This document shows positions 52,601 through 64,000 of a stretch of DNA of 64,000 nt, piece after piece. Every line of letters starts with the position of its first letter. Position 1 is the stretch's first letter. Source of the stretch: Mobula hypostoma (Eukaryota). The position numbers were made by a program, and so were the translations under genes. The notes beneath the pieces are model-generated. The model had not been told where the DNA came from and searched no databases. It worked only from the letters and a program-made list of their open reading frames with translations. Location of the stretch: the NCBI RefSeq assembly GCF_963921235.1, contig NC_086108.1, forward strand, positions 11,718,001-11,782,000. Reading direction: 5' to 3'.

Positions 52601-53467
52601 ATATTGATGGTACAGTTCTCGGTCGTGCGCAGAAGCATGCCACACTGCCCTTGGCATTGCTTCGCCTTGGTTGCAGCAGCAGCCTACCATGCGGCTTGAG
52701 GCCTAGTCTTTGCTACACCTGATGCCACGCAGCTGCCTGGTTGTCTGTCACCACACCAATCAAGGGAGACAGGTCTGCGGTATCTTACATTATCAATATC
52801 CAACAGGGTCTGGCAATTGCAAGAGGAACATCCAAGACAATCATCAGCAGCCACATTGCATGCCCCCCTCGCACACCAACTCTAATGCCTCGATGCCCCC
52901 ATGCAGCAGGGTTATATTAGGTTTCTTTGTTTTGTGGCTGCCTGTGAGGAGACAAATCTCAAGATTGTATATAATATGGATACTTTGATAATACATGTAC
53001 TTTGAACTTTGATTCAACTTAAGCTCCATGACCTGAAATACTGAAAGGTAGCTTTCCATCGGACTGCGCCAAGTAAAGCCCGTCTACTGATAACAGCTTG
53101 CATCTCAGTTGCCAGTCTCATCCTGAACTGCGAGTAGTTTCAAACTCTTGCAAGTGGACACCTCACGCAACTATTCATTGTCCCAGAACACACCCTACAC
53201 AATCAGGAAAGCTCATTAATCTCTGACCCTGTCTCCATATACTTATCTGGTAAATGTTGCTCATGTTCCTGTCTCCAGGTAGCTCATTCCAAATATGCAC
53301 CAATCTTTATGTGAAGAAACGGCCTCAAATGTCCCTTTAAAATCTCTTGCCTCTGATCTTAAACCTATATCATCTTGTTTTTAATACCTTCTCTCTGGGA
53401 AAAAATCTACATGATTTCACCATCAATGCCTCTCTTTCTCAGGAGGCTGATAAGAGCAGGACGACGC

Positions 53468-53535
53468 ACATCAATAATCAATAATCAATAATCACATCAA
53501 TAATCAATAATCACATCAATAATCAATAATCACGG
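53468..53535. repeat. Short (atcaata)n-based tandem repeat
   Basis: catcaataatcaataatcaataatca-type block repeated about 3 times. Confidence 0.8.
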
Positions 53536-53743
53536 CATTCTGCAGATGTTCAATAGAGAGCATCTTGACAACCTGCATCACCGCTTGGTGTGGAAACTCC
53601 ACTGCACCAGACAGGAAGGCTCTACAATGGGTGGTCAAAACTGCCCAACGCCTCACTGACACTAGCCTCCTATCATCAAGGACATAAATAGAACGAGGCC
53701 CACCCTGCTCATGAACTGGTTGTCCCACTCCTATCAGGGAGGA

Positions 53744-54146
53744 CCAAACACAAACACGAGAAAATCCGCCGATGCTGGAAATCGGAACAACGCACACAAA
53801 ATGCTGGAAGGAACTCAGCAGGTCAGAGGTAGAGTTGAAAAGTCGGGGGAGGGAATCCAGAAAGCTCATTACTAACGCCTCCGCAATCTCTTCAGTCACC
53901 TCTTTCAGAACCCCATGGTGTACACCATCTAATCCAGGTGACTTATCTACCTTCAGACCCTTCAGTTTCCCAAGAATCTTCTTCCTCATAATGATAACTT
54001 CACTCCCCTCTCCCCACCTTTTAACTCTACATCTCATCTTTTTTTCTCCAGTCCTGATGAAGGGTCTCAGCCCGAAACGTCGACTGTACTCTTTTCCATA
54101 GATGCTACCGGGACTGTTCAGTTCCTCCAGCATTTTTAGTGTGTTG
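53744..54146 (+). mobile_element. Chimeric PLE-terminus / CR1 / PLE-terminus insertion within a Rex1-like fragment
   Basis: Inverted PLE end at ~53744-53825, CR1 minus fragment at ~53826-54005, PLE terminus at ~54005-54146. Flanks ctcctatcagggagga (53728-53743) / ctcccatccggtagga (54147-54162), 13/16. Confidence 0.7.
54049..54086 (+). ncRNA. Intact minimal type I hammerhead ribozyme motif
   Basis: cagtc-CTGATGA-a-gggt(ctca)gccc-GAAA-CGTC-gactg: 5-bp perfect stem I, 4-bp stem II, complete core, GUC cleavage triplet, palindromic ACGT stem III. Confidence 0.8.
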
Positions 54147-54794
54147 CTCCCATCCGGTAGGAGTTTCTGTAGCATCCACACCAGGACCACCAGACTCCAA
54201 AACAGTTACTTTCCCGAAGCAGTAAGGATAACTAACTCACCCCTCCGCTGCTTTATCATTTCCTGTCAAAACCACCCTATGTACAGACATTCCTGAACTG
54301 AGTGTCACTTTATCGACATACAATCCCATTTCTGTACATCGGTTATCTTATGTATTTATACTTCTTGTGTATTTTTAATGTCTTTTATCTGTTATTGTGT
54401 TTTTTTGTTTGTGCTGCATCGGATCCAGAGTAACAATTATCTCGTTCTCTTTTACATTTGCGTTCAGGAATTGACATAAAACAATTCTGAATCTGGAAAC
54501 TTGAAGTCCCTTGGTACTAAATGTGTGAAATGCCTCTCATTGGCTGTATGGTGGGAATGTAAGAGGAGTTATAAGTTATAAAAATCATATTAATTAAATC
54601 TAGCTGGTTTAAACGTAAATGGCCAGTTCGCATTCCCACGGTTAGAGGAGAGTTCACATGCTCCAAATGCTTTACACAGGTTTATACGTTACATTTCAAG
54701 ATCACAACCCCTTACACCATTTCTCTTGTATTACTTTAAATGTTCAAACGTGATTCCTCTCTGGGCAGAAGAACAGCAGTCAGTTTTGCGTTAC

Positions 54795-56182
54795 CTGTAT
54801 ACGAGGACATCATCAGAAGAGCTGTTGTATTGGACCTGGTACATACGGATGCCAGGCACGTGACGTTGAGAGGGCCAACGGATTTGGACTGAAGAGGAGG
54901 TGAGGTCAGTTGCTGTGACCTTCTTGTCCTGTGGAGTCTTTGTCTCATTTCCAGCAGGAGGAGAACCAGACTTGGACGAGGTGGTGATGTCCGACAAACC
55001 AGGATCTGGTTCTTTGATGTTATTGGTGCTATTAGCAAAATGAGGGAGAGGGTTCACAATCAGCTCCACCTCCACCATAGCATCTCCAGCAGCATTAGAA
55101 GCAAAGCAAGTGAACGTCCCAGTGTCCTTAGGGGTGGTGATCAGGATCTCCAGCGTACCATTCTCATAGGTGGTGGCTCGACTTGAATTGGAGATGAGAC
55201 GTCCTTCTGGTGAGGTCCAGTGGATGGATGGATCAGGGTCCCCAATCGCCTTGCATTTCAGGATGGCTCTCTGGCCCTCCATGACAAAGATCTTGGAGCT
55301 ATGTCGGGTGATCAGCGGGGGATCGCAGGTGAATTCCTCCTCAGGAATGAACCAGAAGTATTTGCCCATTAAATGCTGTGGTGAGGCGCAAGTCTCCAGA
55401 TCGTCCTCTCGGGTAAGGCGCCTCAGCCAGAGCAGTTCACAGTTACAGTGGAGTGGGTTTCCACCAAAGCTGAGGACAAGAGATGAGAGTGGAGATCCCT
55501 TTGTCTTCGCAAACATTTGGACCCGGAGAAACAAGGGATCGGGGGGCAACTTGTGAAGTTTGTTGGACGTCATGTCCAGTCGGGCCAGCTTATGGAGATT
55601 GGAAAACGTTCCCTCTGGGACAAAGTCAATCAGGTTATGGTCCAAGCTGAGAGTGTTGACATTTGTCATTTTCCCAATAGTTTCCCAGGGCAAATTCTGC
55701 AAGTTGTTGTAGGAGAGATCCAGATCTTCAAGAGACGTAACAAAGTCATCAAAGGAGTTGGCAGAAATATAATGCAATTGATTGTTGCTGAGGATGAGAT
55801 GTCGGAGGTTTACTAGACCGTTGAAGTGCTCATGTCTGACCGTGGTCAGCCTGTTGCTGTCCAGATGCAGGGCACGGAGAACTCTTAGGTCTGCGAATGT
55901 GTGAGGCATGATCTGGCTGATGGTATTCCTGGACAAGGTCAGGTGCACCAGGCTGGTCATGTTGGCAAAGTCTTTCTTCCTCACCGTGGTGATGAAGTTA
56001 TCAGTCAGCCGCAGCTCCACTGTCCTCCGGTCGATTAACGGAGGCACGAAGAGCAGCCCGGTTTTGGCACAGAGGATGGCGAGGGAAGGCGAGAGGTTCT
56101 GGCAGATGCAGCGCTTCGGGCAAAGTTGGGCCTTCACGGCCAGGCTGAGCACCAGCAGGGAGAAGAGGAACCGCTCCATCAT
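54795..56182 (-). CDS. LRFN1: First coding exon of LRFN/SALM leucine-rich repeat and fibronectin type III domain protein (signal peptide, LRRNT, LRRs, LRRCT, Ig, start of FN3); partial CDS
   Basis: 463-aa frame with [37 protein letters not shown]...[18 protein letters not shown] (LRFN1-type wording), [17 protein letters not shown], Ig [13 protein letters not shown]...TCFASNAAG. It ends at LVYR, on a phase-2 donor AG|GTAA (GT at 54794-54793). In-frame TGA 6 nt upstream of the ATG. Family assignment is near certain; paralog assignment is less so. Confidence 0.93.
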
Positions 56183-56198
56183 CAGTCAGACCAGCGAG

Positions 56199-56220
56199 CT
56201 GGACAGAGAGAGAATTAGAA
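56199..56220 (-). promoter_or_regulatory. Splice acceptor of the LRFN coding exon (exon = 56198-54795, 16 nt of 5'UTR)
   Basis: Minus strand reads ttctaattctctctctgtcCAG|ctcgctggtctgactgATGATG: branch-like CTAAT, pyrimidine tract, then CAG. Confidence 0.85.
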
Positions 56221-56399
56221 ACTTGATTAGTAAGGACATCAAATCTTACAGGGAGAAGCAGCCATGATCAAAACACTCAATGGGCTGAATGATCTATTTC
56301 TTCTCCTACATACAGTATACGTTATGGTTTAAACAAATCAAACTACTCGCAGAAAGTTAAAGGCAGTGCAGTATCATAACTCTTTACAGTTCCAATGAC

Positions 56400-57160
56400 C
56401 CATAAGACCATAAGATCATAAGACATAAGAGCAGAATTAGACGAACTGGCACATCGAGTCTGTTCCGCCATTCAATCATGGCTGATCCCTTTTTTTTTCA
56501 TCTCCTCCTCAACCCCAGTTCCCTGCCTTCTCCCTGTAACCTTTGATGCCATGTCCAGTCGAGAACCTATCAATCTCTGCCTTAAATACACCCAATGACC
56601 TGGGCTCCACAGCTGCATGTGGTAACGAATTCCACAAATTCACCACCCTATGGCTAAAGAAATTTCTCTGTATTTCTGTTTTGAAAGGGCGACCCTTTAT
56701 CCTGAGGCTGTATCCTTTTGTCCTAAACTCTCCCACCATGGGAAGCATTCTTTCCACATCTACTCTGTCTAGGTCTGTCAACATTTGAAAGGTTTCAATA
56801 AGGTCGCTCCTCATCCTTTTGAATTCCAGCGAGTACAGACCCAGAGCCATCAAACGTTCCTCGAATGATAATCCTTTAATTCCTGGCATCCCTGTGAACC
56901 TCCTCCGGACCCTCTCCAATGCCAACACATTTTCTCTAAGGTGAGGGGCCCAAAACTGTTCACAATACTCAAGGTGAGGCCTCAACAGTGCCTAATAAAC
57001 CCTCAGCATCACATCCTTAATCTTGTATCCTAGACCTCTTGAAATGAATGCTAACATCGCTAATATTGCATTTGCCTTCCTCACCACTGACTCAACCTGC
57101 AAGTTAACCTTCAGGGTGTTCTGCACAAAGTCTCCCACGTCCTCCTGCATCTCAGATTCC
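56400..57160 (-). mobile_element. CR1 3' fragment just upstream of the LRFN acceptor
   Basis: ORF 56509-56985 RPHLEYCEQFWAP...FFSHRVVNLWNSLP; (cataaga)n tail. Confidence 0.88.
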
Positions 57161-58329
57161 TCAAGTCCCACAATCTGCATTCTTCCGGCAGATGCTGGGC
57201 ATAGCTCCTTGGACATATTGTTCATTTGAATATAAAAGCAAGGATATAATGCTGAAGATTTATAAGGCATTAGTCAGACCCAGCTTGGAGTAGTGTGAGC
57301 CGTTGTGGGGCCCTTATCTAAGAAAATATGTACTGGCATTGAAGAGGGTCCAGAGAATGTTCATAAGAATGATCGCAGGAATGAAAGAGTTAATGTATGA
57401 GCATTGTTGCATGTCACGTGGTACCGTGATGATGAAGGCAATCCCTATATATAGGTTGATTAAATATATATATATATACACACACACAAGATTACTCAAA
57501 TACAACTGAAATATGCTTTTAGCCTGTGATTAAAAGAAATGGGGGGATCTCACGGAAACCTATTAAATATTGAAAATCTCAGATAAAGTGGCTGTGGAGA
57601 GGATGTTTCCATGTTTCCTATAGTGGACTAGTCTCGGACCAGAGGGCATAGCTTCAGAATCTAAAGACATCCCTTTAGAACAGAAATCGGGAGGAATTTC
57701 TCTTGCCAGAGGCTGATGAATCTGTGTAATACCTTGTTACAGATCGCTGTGGGGCCAGGTCAATGGGAATGCTTAAGGAGGAGGTTGCTAGGTTCTTGAT
57801 TAGTAAGGCATCAAAAGTTCCAGAGGAAAGACAGTGGAATGGATGTAAAAAGGACAATAAATTAGCCATAATGGAGCAGTGGAGCAGACTTAATGGACCG
57901 AATAGCCTTGTGCAGTACCAGTGCTTGAATTCTCACATATCTCAACCCTCAGTGGAGTCACTGGAAAATGGGCTTCACAAACAGGAATCACAGTGTCATT
58001 TCTCCTTTGACTAATTAAAAACTAGTTTGAAATAGTTATTCACCAGTGTTTAATTTACAGTCATCCTGCTTTCTGTTTCCTTCAGAGATACTGCACGACT
58101 CCATGGACTCAGTAGCAAACACAATGACCCCTGTAATGGCTCACATCTCAAGATTAATTCCTACTGGTCTTTAAGTCATCAGTGCTTAACACAAGATCCC
58201 ACAAATGTTTTTTAAGAGGAGTCAATTAGGCAAGAGCAAAGGGGAATATCAGATACATCACACATTAATTGTGATGTTAAATATGAGAGATTCTGCAAAT
58301 GTCAAAACTCTTGACAACACACACAAAAC

Positions 58330-58870
58330 ATAAACGCAGGAGATTCTGCAGATACTGGAAATCCAAAGCAACAAATACAAAATGCTGGAAGAACTCAGCA
58401 GGTCAGGCAGCATCTATGAAGATGAATATACAGTCAACGTTTAAGGGCAAACTCGTTGTTCAAACTCATTATCTCCCTCACCTGGTTCCATCTGCTCATC
58501 ACTCTTCTACGTATTCAAATGGTTCACCTTTCCTGACCACTCCCTCACCTGGTTCCATATGCCCATCACTCCTGGTTCTGTTTGCCCTTCACCTGCATAC
58601 CTATTCAACTGGTTCACCTTTCCTGACCATTATCCCTCCCTTAACTGGTTCCTATCTCCACTATCTCCATGCTCCATCCCCGCTCCCTTCCCTGGCACTT
58701 CCAGTCTGTCCTTTCAGACCCCTTTTCAGTCTATCAACCTCCTGGTGCTTCGCTCATCTTTCCCCTTTTTATACTGGCCTTCTTCCCTCTCCATTATTTC
58801 AGTCCAGATGTAGGGTTTCACCCTGAAACATTGACAGGTCTTTCTCCGCTCCTCAGACACTGCTCCACCC
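58330..58870. mobile_element. Degenerate PLE-derived insertion with inverted terminus
   Basis: ctgcagatactggaaatc...aatgctggaagaactcagcaggtcaggcagcatctatg (inverted terminus), pyrimidine-rich body, decayed hammerhead-like agtccagatgtagggtttcaccctgaaacattgac at 58801. Confidence 0.55.
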
Positions 58871-59901
58871 AATGAGTGCTTGCAGCAGACTGTCTGCCAC
58901 TCTAGACCCTGGTGTCTGCCATCTCCTGAATCACATGTCACCATCTGTTTCATCCTTCCCTCATTCTACTGCATTCCAGCTATCTTCCCTCCACACTCTC
59001 ACACCTATTCAATGTGAGATGTCCACCCCTTTCCCTCCAGAGAAGATGCTTGAGACCCTTCATGATTTGAAACATGATCTCTTTGTGTGTTGTGAGCGAT
59101 CGAACATGACTTTATACCAGGATGCCATATCATGATGCCATTCCAAGATGCCAAATCACAAGATCTTAATCCAGGAAACAGGGAGAATATTCAAAGGATC
59201 TACCCACTTAGTATATAACTGCTTAGCTTGTACACTCAACAGCACTATTTTTGGCATCACACAGTTAATGTCAAATTAAAATTTATTATGAAAGCATTGG
59301 GTGATAGGGTGGAGATATGTCTCTACCAAAGGAGATATAAGGCACTCCTTACCTCCACTAGGCTGCAGGTCACCCCTGGGCGAGGTGTAGCACCCGCTTA
59401 TACCCCCCCCCACCCCCCAACTGCTCAGGATCAAGTGAAGTCATGGGAGCAGGTGGTCGATGGTCGTATGGGCAGCTGGTGCATATCACAATTCCTGGTT
59501 ATGTGACCACTGACACCAGGCAGACAATCTCTGAAGAGTATTGATAATAGCTGGGATCACCCATCTTCTAAAGACACTGCCCAGAAGAAGGCAATGGCAA
59601 ACCACTTCTGTAAAAAATTCGCCAAGAACAATCATGGTCAAAGACCTTCATTGCCCTCATCCTATTATTCAGCACATAATGAAAGAAAGTAAGTATATGA
59701 GAACATATACTACCCCGAGATTTATTAAATAAATAAATGACAATAAAGAAATAATATGACGTTTCTGAAAATCTATATATAAACAAAGACTGACAAACAA
59801 TCAATGTGCAAAAGAAGGACAAGTCGTGCAAATAAAGAAAAGAAATATTGAGAGCATAAGTTGTAAAGTCCTTGAAAGTCAGTCTGTAGGTCATAGAATC
59901 A

Positions 59902-60410
59902 ACCTGTTCCTGAACCTGGTGGTGTGGGACCTGAGGCTCATTGTGGTGAGTGAAGTTATCCACACTGGTTCAGGAGCCTGATGGTTGTGGGGTAATAACT
60001 GTTCCTGAACCTGGTGGTGTGGGACCTGAGGCTCATTGTGGTGAGTGAAGTTATCCACACTGGTTCAGGAGCCTGATGGTTGTGGGGTAATAACTGTTCC
60101 TGAACCTGGTGGTGTGGGACCTGAGGCTCATTGTGGTGAGTGAAGTTATCCACACTGGTTCAGGAGCCTGATGGTTGTGGGGTAATAACTGTTCCTGAAC
60201 CTGGTGGTGTGGGACCTGAGGCTCATTGTGGTGAGTGAAGTTATCCACACTGGTTCAGGAGCCTGATGGTTGTGGGGTAATAACTGTTCCTGAACCTGGT
60301 GGTGTGGGACCGAAGGCTCATTGTGGTGAGTGAAGTTATCCACACTGGTTCAGGAGTCTGATGGCTGAAGGGTAATATCTGTTCATAAACTTGGTGGTGT
60401 GGGACCTAAG
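59902..60410 (-). repeat. 95-bp tandem repeat, about 5.3 copies, within a Rex1-like 3' end (~59715-60700)
   Basis: Unit aactgttcctgaacctggtggtgtgggacctgaggctcattgtggtgagtgaagttatccacactggttcaggagcctgatggttgtggggtaat; the first four copies are essentially identical. Confidence 0.95.
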
Positions 60411-61934
60411 GCTTCTGTACCTCCTGACTGTTGGTAGTAGTGAGAAGAGAGCATGGCCTGGATGGTGGGGGTCTTTGATAATGTATCTACTTTCTTGTGG
60501 CAGAGTTTGATGTAGATCTTCTCAGTGGTGTGGAGGGCTTTTCCTGTGATGAAATGGAGATACCTATCACTTCCTGTAGCCTTTCCACTCCTGGGCATTG
60601 GTATTTCCATACCAGGCCATGATGCAGCCAGTCAGCATACTCTCCACTGTGCATCTATAGTTTGTCAAAGATGTTGGTGATGTGCTGACTCAACACAAAC
60701 CTCTAAAAAGGCGACAACCACGAACCACAAGGCTGGCAGCCACATAAATCCTGTGCCACAGAAGAGTTCAGGAGCTGGGTACCCTGCAACACGTGCCTCA
60801 CCTGCTAACAGTCCTCAATTCACAAAGGCCAAGTCAAGAGTTCAATGTGTGCATTGTGTGCCGTCTACGCAATGAACCATAGTCACCTGCTGTGCCTGGA
60901 GGATTGAGTGCATTTCTGGTCACCACACCATGGGAAGGATGTGATTGCACTGGAGAGAGTACAGGATGTTTCCAGGGCCAAAGGACTTCCATAATGGGGA
61001 GAGACTGGGAAGGCGGGGCTTTGTTTCCCTTGGAGTGAAGGAGACCGAGGGGCGATAGGTTAGAAGTAGGTAAGAGGTGAATGGGATAGATAATTAGATT
61101 CTCTTTCCAGGAAAAGAGTATCAAAATAAAGAGCACATTGGCATAAGGTGAAAGGAAGGAGATTTAGGAAGGATCTGAGGGATTTACACACAGAAACTGG
61201 CTGATAGCTGGGATCCCACCACCCAGACAATGCTCTCTTCCCTCTGCTGCCATCAGTGAGAAGGTACAGGAGCTTAGGGCTCATGCCTCCAGGTTCAGGA
61301 ACAGTTACTACCCCTCAACCATCAGGTTCTTGAACCAAAGGGGATAACTTCACTCAACTTCACTTGCCCCATCATTAAACTGTTCATACAACTCATGGGC
61401 TCACTTTCAAGGACTCTGCATCTCATGTTCTTGATATTTATTGATTATTTATTTATTGTTATTAATTATTCCTTTTATATTTGCACAGTTTTTTCTCTTC
61501 TGCACTCTAGTTGAATGCTGTAGTTGGGTGGTCTTTCAGTGATTCTGTTATGGTTCACATTCAATAGATTTGTTGAGTACCTGCAAGAAAATGAATACCG
61601 GGCTTGTATATGGTGACGTATATGTGTTTGATAATAAATTTACTTTGAACTTTGAACTTTGGAGATCACTGTCAAGGGTGTGGAGTCAAGCACGACATTG
61701 AAGAGGCATTTAAACACTGAAAGGACATAGAAGTACGTGGATCTGTTACAGGTAAATGATGGTAATGACGACACGAAGAACAAGAACAGCTCATCCTGAT
61801 GAACATCACTACTGTAAGACCCCAACCTCCCCCACTCTGATATACCCCATCCCAACTTTGCACCCATTTCAGGTCCTTCAATATCAGACACACTTGTCCA
61901 GGCCTGCCAGTGCTGATCAGGGGCCAGCAGCATT

Positions 61935-62270
61935 GGTCCACAAGTCACACCTCTTGATCCGCAGCTATCTGGATGCGTGCTCAGCAGACTCTGTGACAAT
62001 CCTGATGGCCTTTCTCTTTGCAGCCCCCATAATGACTTGGAGAGAGAAGGCTCTGCAGTGCAAGCGGCCACCAAAACCTCCACACCCCACCTCTATAGAT
62101 TGGCATTGTGCCTTCCACCCCTTTCCCTGGCACTGCTCCACCTACTGTCGGTACTTGGCTTTCTTACGCTCAAATGCCTCCTCAATCCGGTCTTCCTAAG
62201 CCACTGTCAGGACTTCCATGACTACCTGCTTTAAAGTTTCCTGCAGAATGACCATGTCAAGCCTCAGGGA
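61935..62270 (-). mobile_element. Relic of an RLE-type (R2 superclade, HERO-like) non-LTR retrotransposon C-terminus
   Basis: Minus translation LRLDMVILQETLKQVVMEVLTVA*EDRIEEAFERKKAKY...GWKAQCQSIEVGCGGF...AIRIVTESAEHASR*LRIKR matches the RPD..ELTVPWE..ERK..KY..EVGCRGF restriction-like endonuclease pattern. Confidence 0.7.
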
Positions 62271-64000
62271 TGATGATCATAGAGTCATAGAGTCATAGAT
62301 TCACAGAAAAGTACAGCACAGAAACAGGCTCATCAGCACAACTACTCCATAACAAACCATTTAAACAGCCTGCTCCTGCACTGGGATCCTATCCCTCCAT
62401 ATCCCTACCAACCATGCACCTAACAAACTTCTCTTAAACATTGAGATTGAGCGCACATGCACCACTTGTGTAGCAGCTCACTCCACACTCTCACAACTCT
62501 CGGAATGAAGAAGTTTCCCCTCACGTTCACCTTAAGTGTTTCACTTTTCACCTTTAACCATCACCTCTGGCTGTTGCCCCCTTAACCTCAGTGGAAAAAA
62601 GCCTGCTTGCATTCACCTATCCATACCCCTCATAGTTTTGTATACCTCTACCACATCTCCTTTCAATCTTCTACATTCCCAGGAATAATGTCCTAACCTG
62701 TTCAATCTTCCCTTATAACTCATGTCCTTCAGACCCAGCAACAGCCTTGTAAGTTTGCTGTTGTACTCTTTCAACCTATTTACGTCTTTCCTGTCAGTAT
62801 GTAATAATAAATCTACTTTGAACTTTGAATTTGGAAAATTCAGTTTCTCCAACAAACATTTCCAAGCACAGTGCTTGGAGTGCAATGAAGAGAAGAAGAA
62901 TCGGCCCCCGGAGTAAACTTCCTGAGACGCTGAGAAGAGAAACACTCTGAATGAGCAGAGCCGTACCAAGGTTCCAGGCGTCAAAATTGGGACAGGAGGT
63001 GATGAGGGCCCGCAACCCCTTTCCAACAGATGTCATGCCCCAAAGGCAAATCCACAATCGAGTGATAATAACTGAAATTTGAAACCATAAACTGATGGAT
63101 GGGCTTTCTAACTTCCCATTAACGGAACAGCATGCTGCTTCTCATTAACAAAGCAGAGTCTGTTAGCACCATTTAAATTTGCAGTGTTGATATCTGTGAA
63201 ATTAGCAAGGCCAATAGAACCTATCAGCAAGCTTTGTGCTGTTGCTGTCATGAGATGCATCTAATCTATTGAAGAATTCAGCTCTAGTAATTTTACTGTT
63301 TATTACACATTTATGGAGCACTATGGTAGGAAGATGCTGGCACATCATACACTTGATCCATTTAAGTATTTAGAGCTGAAGGGAGTTATAATCACATTAA
63401 GCCTGAGAAAACGTCCAATCCGTTTTCTGCCTCAATGGACTGCTGCTAAGATTGCTAAGCTAAACTAAGATGCATCACGCGGGGGCTTCCCAGATTCAGA
63501 AACACTGACTGTACTCCAGTGACTCACACTTTTCAATCTTACTTTCCTCTCTTGTGAATGTACAGGACAAATGTTGGGAAAATGTGAAGCCATGGAGACA
63601 ACCAAACTTATCCATGATGACCATGTGGTGCGAGTCCTATTTGCCCCTTATGTCCAACTATTATTCAATTGTCTTTTAAGTTTTGTTAACTTTGAGTGTT
63701 GGAAATTTGGCTGAGTGGTGTCATAACAACAACATCTCACTCAATACACAGGGCAACAAACATTTGGCTTCCCGAATACTTTTGAATGTACCTTATGGAT
63801 TTTGGTCTACTGATCACGAAAATCACCATGAAATTTCCATATCATGCACCATTTTTGGCCCAGCTCTTTTATCACAACACTGCAATTGTTTTCCCTCAAC
63901 ATTTTTGATTAAAAGCCTTCCTCTTTCATGCCTCCCTCAGACTAGGATTCATTACCCCAAGTTGAGTCTTGGCAGACTATTTGAAAAAGCAATGGATTCC

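Noticed and set aside
55170..56267. Plus-strand ORFs overlapping the LRFN exon
   Set aside because: They are antisense shadows of a coding exon with no recognisable domains; the same applies to the many antisense ORFs over LINEs.
57405..57520. Possible tiny solo LTR or MITE (tgttgcat...atacaac) inside a CR1 fragment
   Set aside because: The terminal match is short, there is no clear TSD and no second copy in the window.
59956..60343. Three near-identical 65-aa ORFs as a peptide gene cluster
   Set aside because: They are artefacts of the 95-bp tandem repeat of a LINE 3' end.
63750..63900. Possible DNA transposon end (ctgatcacgaaaatcacc...)
   Set aside because: No partner TIR or TSD is visible in the window, so I cannot support a call.

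Overview
Vertebrate genomic DNA. The repeat repertoire (CR1, Rex1/Babar, Penelope-like, V-SINE/HE1-like) suggests a cartilaginous fish, probably a ray; this is an inference. The only host coding sequence I can support is the large first coding exon of an LRFN/SALM synaptic adhesion gene (best match LRFN1) on the minus strand at 54795-56198. Its next canonical exon (rest of FN3, transmembrane helix, cytoplasmic tail) is not visible, so 1-54794 is probably one intron of >54 kb. The rest is densely nested transposon debris: CR1, Rex1, L1, HERO-like and Penelope-like (PLE) retroelements, an internally deleted Gypsy LTR element, hAT and mariner DNA elements, tRNA-derived SINEs and two TE-derived tandem arrays. 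Most notable are (i) PLE termini carrying minimal hammerhead-ribozyme motifs, including non-coding fold-back and chimeric mini-insertions with 14-16 bp target-site duplications (TSDs), (ii) an in-frame candidate alternative terminal exon that would give a TM-less LRFN isoform, and (iii) an unexplained ~70-bp motif present twice, one copy next to that candidate exon. Boundaries of degenerate repeats are approximate; family names come from motif recognition, not database searches.
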